This document shows positions 29,664 through 32,000 of a DNA stretch of 32,000 bases, piece after piece. Origin of the DNA: Gemmata obscuriglobus (GTDB lineage Bacteria; Planctomycetota; Planctomycetia; Gemmatales; Gemmataceae); the NCBI RefSeq assembly GCF_008065095.1, contig NZ_CP042911.1, positions 1,890,001 through 1,922,000 of the forward strand. The letters run 5' to 3'. Both the position numbers and the translations under genes were made by a program. Position 1 is the stretch's first letter; every line of letters starts with the position of its first letter. The notes beneath the pieces are model-generated. The model was not told the DNA's origin, searched no databases, and saw nothing but the letters and a program-made list of their open reading frames with translations.

Positions 29664-32000
29664 TCACCAGCCCAAGCAGCACCCCGTTCCGCTGCCGCCG
29701 GTGAGGAGCGGAAGCACGCGCCGCTCGAACGGCAGTTTCAGGTACTCGGCGCGGTCGTACGCCACCTTCCCGCGCAGGAGCGTGTGCGTGACGTGCGTCG
29801 TGTGCTCGAACGGGTCGCCGTCGTACAGAACGAGATCGGCAACCTTGCTCACCTCGATACTGCCGTACTCTTTGTCGATGCCGAGCAGCTTCGCGGCGTT
29901 GATCGTAATCGCGCTCAGTGCCCGCTCGCGGTCCATACCCGCCGCCGCGGCCATCGCCGCTTCGTAACGCAGCACCCGCGTCTTCGGAACGTACCCCTCG
30001 AACCCGGTGCAAACGGTAACCGGGACGCCGGCCGCGTCGAGCGCCGCAACGTTTCCGGTGAACGCGTGCATCGTTTCGATGCTACCACCGGCGCGCAGCA
30101 TGGTGGGGTGAACGACGACCGGAACGCCGGCCTGCTTCAGTTCCTCGGCCATGCGGTACCCTTCGGTGCCCAGCGCGATCACGGGCTTCAGCTTGAACTC
30201 CGCTGCGATCCGCAGGGCGGTCTGAATGTCGTCCCTGCGGTGCGCCGCGAAGTAGACGTTCGCCTTGCCCTCGAGCGCGGGCACGAGCGCTTCGTGCTTG
30301 GGGTTCTTCGCCGCCGGCTTGCTGGTGCGGTACGCGTCGGCGTCGGTGAACGCTTTGCGCACCAACGCCGCGACGCCCATACGGGTCGTCGGCGATTTGC
30401 CCTTTGACGATTCTCCCAGGTTCACCACCAGCGCCCCGACAGGTACCAGAGCGGAGTCGGCCGTGGTGCCGTCGGCGCGGAACACCCCGCCGCGGCCCGC
30501 GATCGGGTTCACCCGTCCCGGGGTCGCGTGAACCACCGTGGTGCCGTTCGCGACGAGGAAATCGAGGAGCGGTTCCCGCGGGTTGAAGCCGTCGAGCGCC
30601 CGGAGGTCCGCCTGGTTGGGGTCACTCGTCTCGTCTTGGTCCTGGTCGGCCGGACTGTTCCACGCGCCGCTCAGCCCCGCCGAGCAAAACGGGTCGATCA
30701 GCCCCGGGGTGACGTGCTTCGCCTTATAAATCGGCATGTTCTTGGCTGTGGCTTCGCCGGCAACGACGTGCAGGATCTTCCCGTCCTTCGCCACGATCAC
30801 CCCCGGGAAAACGCGGCCGCCGGTGTGGATGAACTCGGCCGTCACCGCGACCGCGCCCTTCAGTTCCGGCGTGTTGCCGTCGAAGGTCGGCGTGCCCAGG
30901 TCACGGGCCTCCGGGGCCGGGCGCGGCCCGGGAGGCGGGGTCGGTAACTTCTCGCCCGCGGGCAGCGCGAACCCGCCGGTCTGGTAGCCCCGATCGGGGA
31001 TAACGTCGAACACCTTCTGGCCGTCGATCCAGGTCTGCTCGACACGAGTGTACACGCTGAACGGGGAACCGCTCAGGACCGCAAAATCCGCGTCCTTGCC
31101 CTTTTCGAGCGAGCCGAGCCGGTGGTCGAGGTGCAGCAGCTTCGCCGCGCGGATGGTGATGGCTTTGAGCGCGTCCGCTTCGGACATCCCGCCGCGCGCC
31201 GCGATCGCGCCCGTCCGGAGCAGGAACCGCGACTCGGTGACGCTGTCGTCGGTGTTGATGGTGACGATCACCCCGGCACTGTTCAGGATCGCGGCGTTCT
31301 CTTCGAGCAGGCCCATCGTTTCGGCCTTACCGCCGGGGCTGTCGATGAGCGTCAGCGAAACCGGGATCTTCTTCTTCGCGAGCACGTCCGCGACGCGGTA
31401 CCCTTCCGTGGCGTGTTGGAGCACGAGTTCGAACCCGAACTCCTCGCTGAGGCGCACGGCGGTGAGCAGGTCGTCCGCACGGTGGCAGTGGAAGTGGACC
31501 GTGCGTTTGCCGTCGAGCACCTCCACGAGCGGCTCGAGTGCCACGTCGCGATCGACTTTGCCGCCCCCTTCGAGCTTTGCCCGGTACTCCTTCGCCTTCT
31601 GGAACGTCTCCCGCTGCATGGCGGCGACCTTCATCCGCGTGAACGGGGCGACGCCCTTACCCCGGCCGTACCCCTTCGGGTTCTCGCCGTTGGCCATCTT
31701 CAGCCCGCCGAGGATCTCCTTCCCCCACGCGCGGCCGGTGACCCGCATCTCCTCGACGCTCCGGCCCCGGTACTTCACGTAAACGGTCTGCCCGCCGATC
31801 ACGTTGCCCGACCCGGGCATCACGTTGGCGGTGGTGACGCCGCCGGCGAGGGCCATCTTGATGCCCGGGTCGTCGGCGTTGAACGAGTCGATGGCCCGCA
31901 CCCCCGGCTGCACGGGGCCGCTCATCTCGTTCCCGTCGGAGTTGGCCGCCACGCCCGGGCGGCTGTACACCCCGACGTGCGAGTGCGTGTCCACCAGCCC
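29664..32000 (-). CDS. two-domain amidohydrolase-superfamily protein (N-terminus beyond the right edge)
   Basis: The frame is open to the window edge (..GLVDTHSHVG, with the HxH metal motif at the edge). Domain 1 has TVHFHCH and TINTDDS. Domain 2 (from about residue 400) has the same fold pattern, but GLIDPFCSAG replaces HxH. Confidence 0.85.
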   Translation of the reverse strand, partial: GLVDTHSHVGVYSRPGVAANSDGNEMSGPVQPGVRAIDSFNADDPGIKMALAGGVTTANVMPGSGNVIGGQTVYVKYRGRSVEEMRVTGRAWGKEILGGLKMANGENPKGYGRGKGVAPFTRMKVAAMQRETFQKAKEYRAKLEGGGKVDRDVALEPLVEVLDGKRTVHFHCHRADDLLTAVRLSEEFGFELVLQHATEGYRVADVLAKKKIPVSLTLIDSPGGKAETMGLLEENAAILNSAGVIVTINTDDSVTESRFLLRTGAIAARGGMSEADALKAITIRAAKLLHLDHRLGSLEKGKDADFAVLSGSPFSVYTRVEQTWIDGQKVFDVIPDRGYQTGGFALPAGEKLPTPPPGPRPAPEARDLGTPTFDGNTPELKGAVAVTAEFIHTGGRVFPGVIVAKDGKILHVVAGEATAKNMPIYKAKHVTPGLIDPFCSAGLSGAWNSPADQDQDETSDPNQADLRALDGFNPREPLLDFLVANGTTVVHATPGRVNPIAGRGGVFRADGTTADSALVPVGALVVNLGESSKGKSPTTRMGVAALVRKAFTDADAYRTSKPAAKNPKHEALVPALEGKANVYFAAHRRDDIQTALRIAAEFKLKPVIALGTEGYRMAEELKQAGVPVVVHPTMLRAGGSIETMHAFTGNVAALDAAGVPVTVCTGFEGYVPKTRVLRYEAAMAAAAGMDRERALSAITINAAKLLGIDKEYGSIEVSKVADLVLYDGDPFEHTTHVTHTLLRGKVAYDRAEYLKLPFERRVLPLLTGGSGTGCCLGW

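Overview
This is a high-GC chromosomal segment. Typical 60-nt stretches hand-count near 70% G+C. The gene content looks planctomycete (Gemmataceae-like), based on a PVC-type dehydrogenase/HEAT/CxxCH heme protein, a Tat-signal DUF1501 protein, zinc-ribbon membrane paralogs and HpnE. That taxonomic call is inference from motifs; no database search was possible.

Layout, left to right:
- 1-1700: tail of a probable integrated element. It holds four chained minus-strand ORFan genes and ends at a 3' fragment of tRNA-Arg(TCT).
- 1.8-10.3 kb: housekeeping genes. These are a beta-lactamase-fold serine hydrolase, a small TPR protein, an HtrA/DegP protease, LptB with an unusual C-terminal extension, and a 1147-aa PVC-type heme-binding protein.
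- 10.3-11.5 kb: a lower-GC patch. It holds an immunity-like ORF and a ParE-type toxin-antitoxin pair, bracketed by a duplicated copy of the 3' end of the neighbouring gene.
- 11.5-18.5 kb: a long minus-strand run. It contains a secreted protein, two tandem zinc-ribbon/charged-linker/multi-TM paralogs, a small GTG-start ORF coupled to DUF1501, a tightly linked small-protein plus retropepsin-like aspartic protease pair, and DUF2760.
- 18.8-28.3 kb: a plus-strand run. It contains an SDR with His in place of the catalytic Tyr, orphan HicB, AsnB, a DevC/DevA/DevB-like ABC exporter, a squalene/phytoene-synthase-family gene, HpnE and an ACT-domain protein.
- 28311-29567: an intact 1257-bp DDE insertion sequence with 17-bp inverted repeats and a 5-bp target duplication, inserted into a long palindromic intergenic hairpin.
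- 29664 to the right edge: a two-domain amidohydrolase gene that runs off the window.

No rRNA, CRISPR array or complete tRNA was seen.

The best candidates for undescribed biology are:
- the small-protein/retropepsin two-gene module (17187-17863);
- the tandem zinc-ribbon membrane paralogs (12703-15052);
- the hicB-asnB block bracketed by two copies of a roughly 100-120 nt palindromic element (19648-22150);
- the TA cassette flanked by duplicated gene ends.

All family calls rest on motifs I recognise by eye and need HMM or BLAST confirmation.
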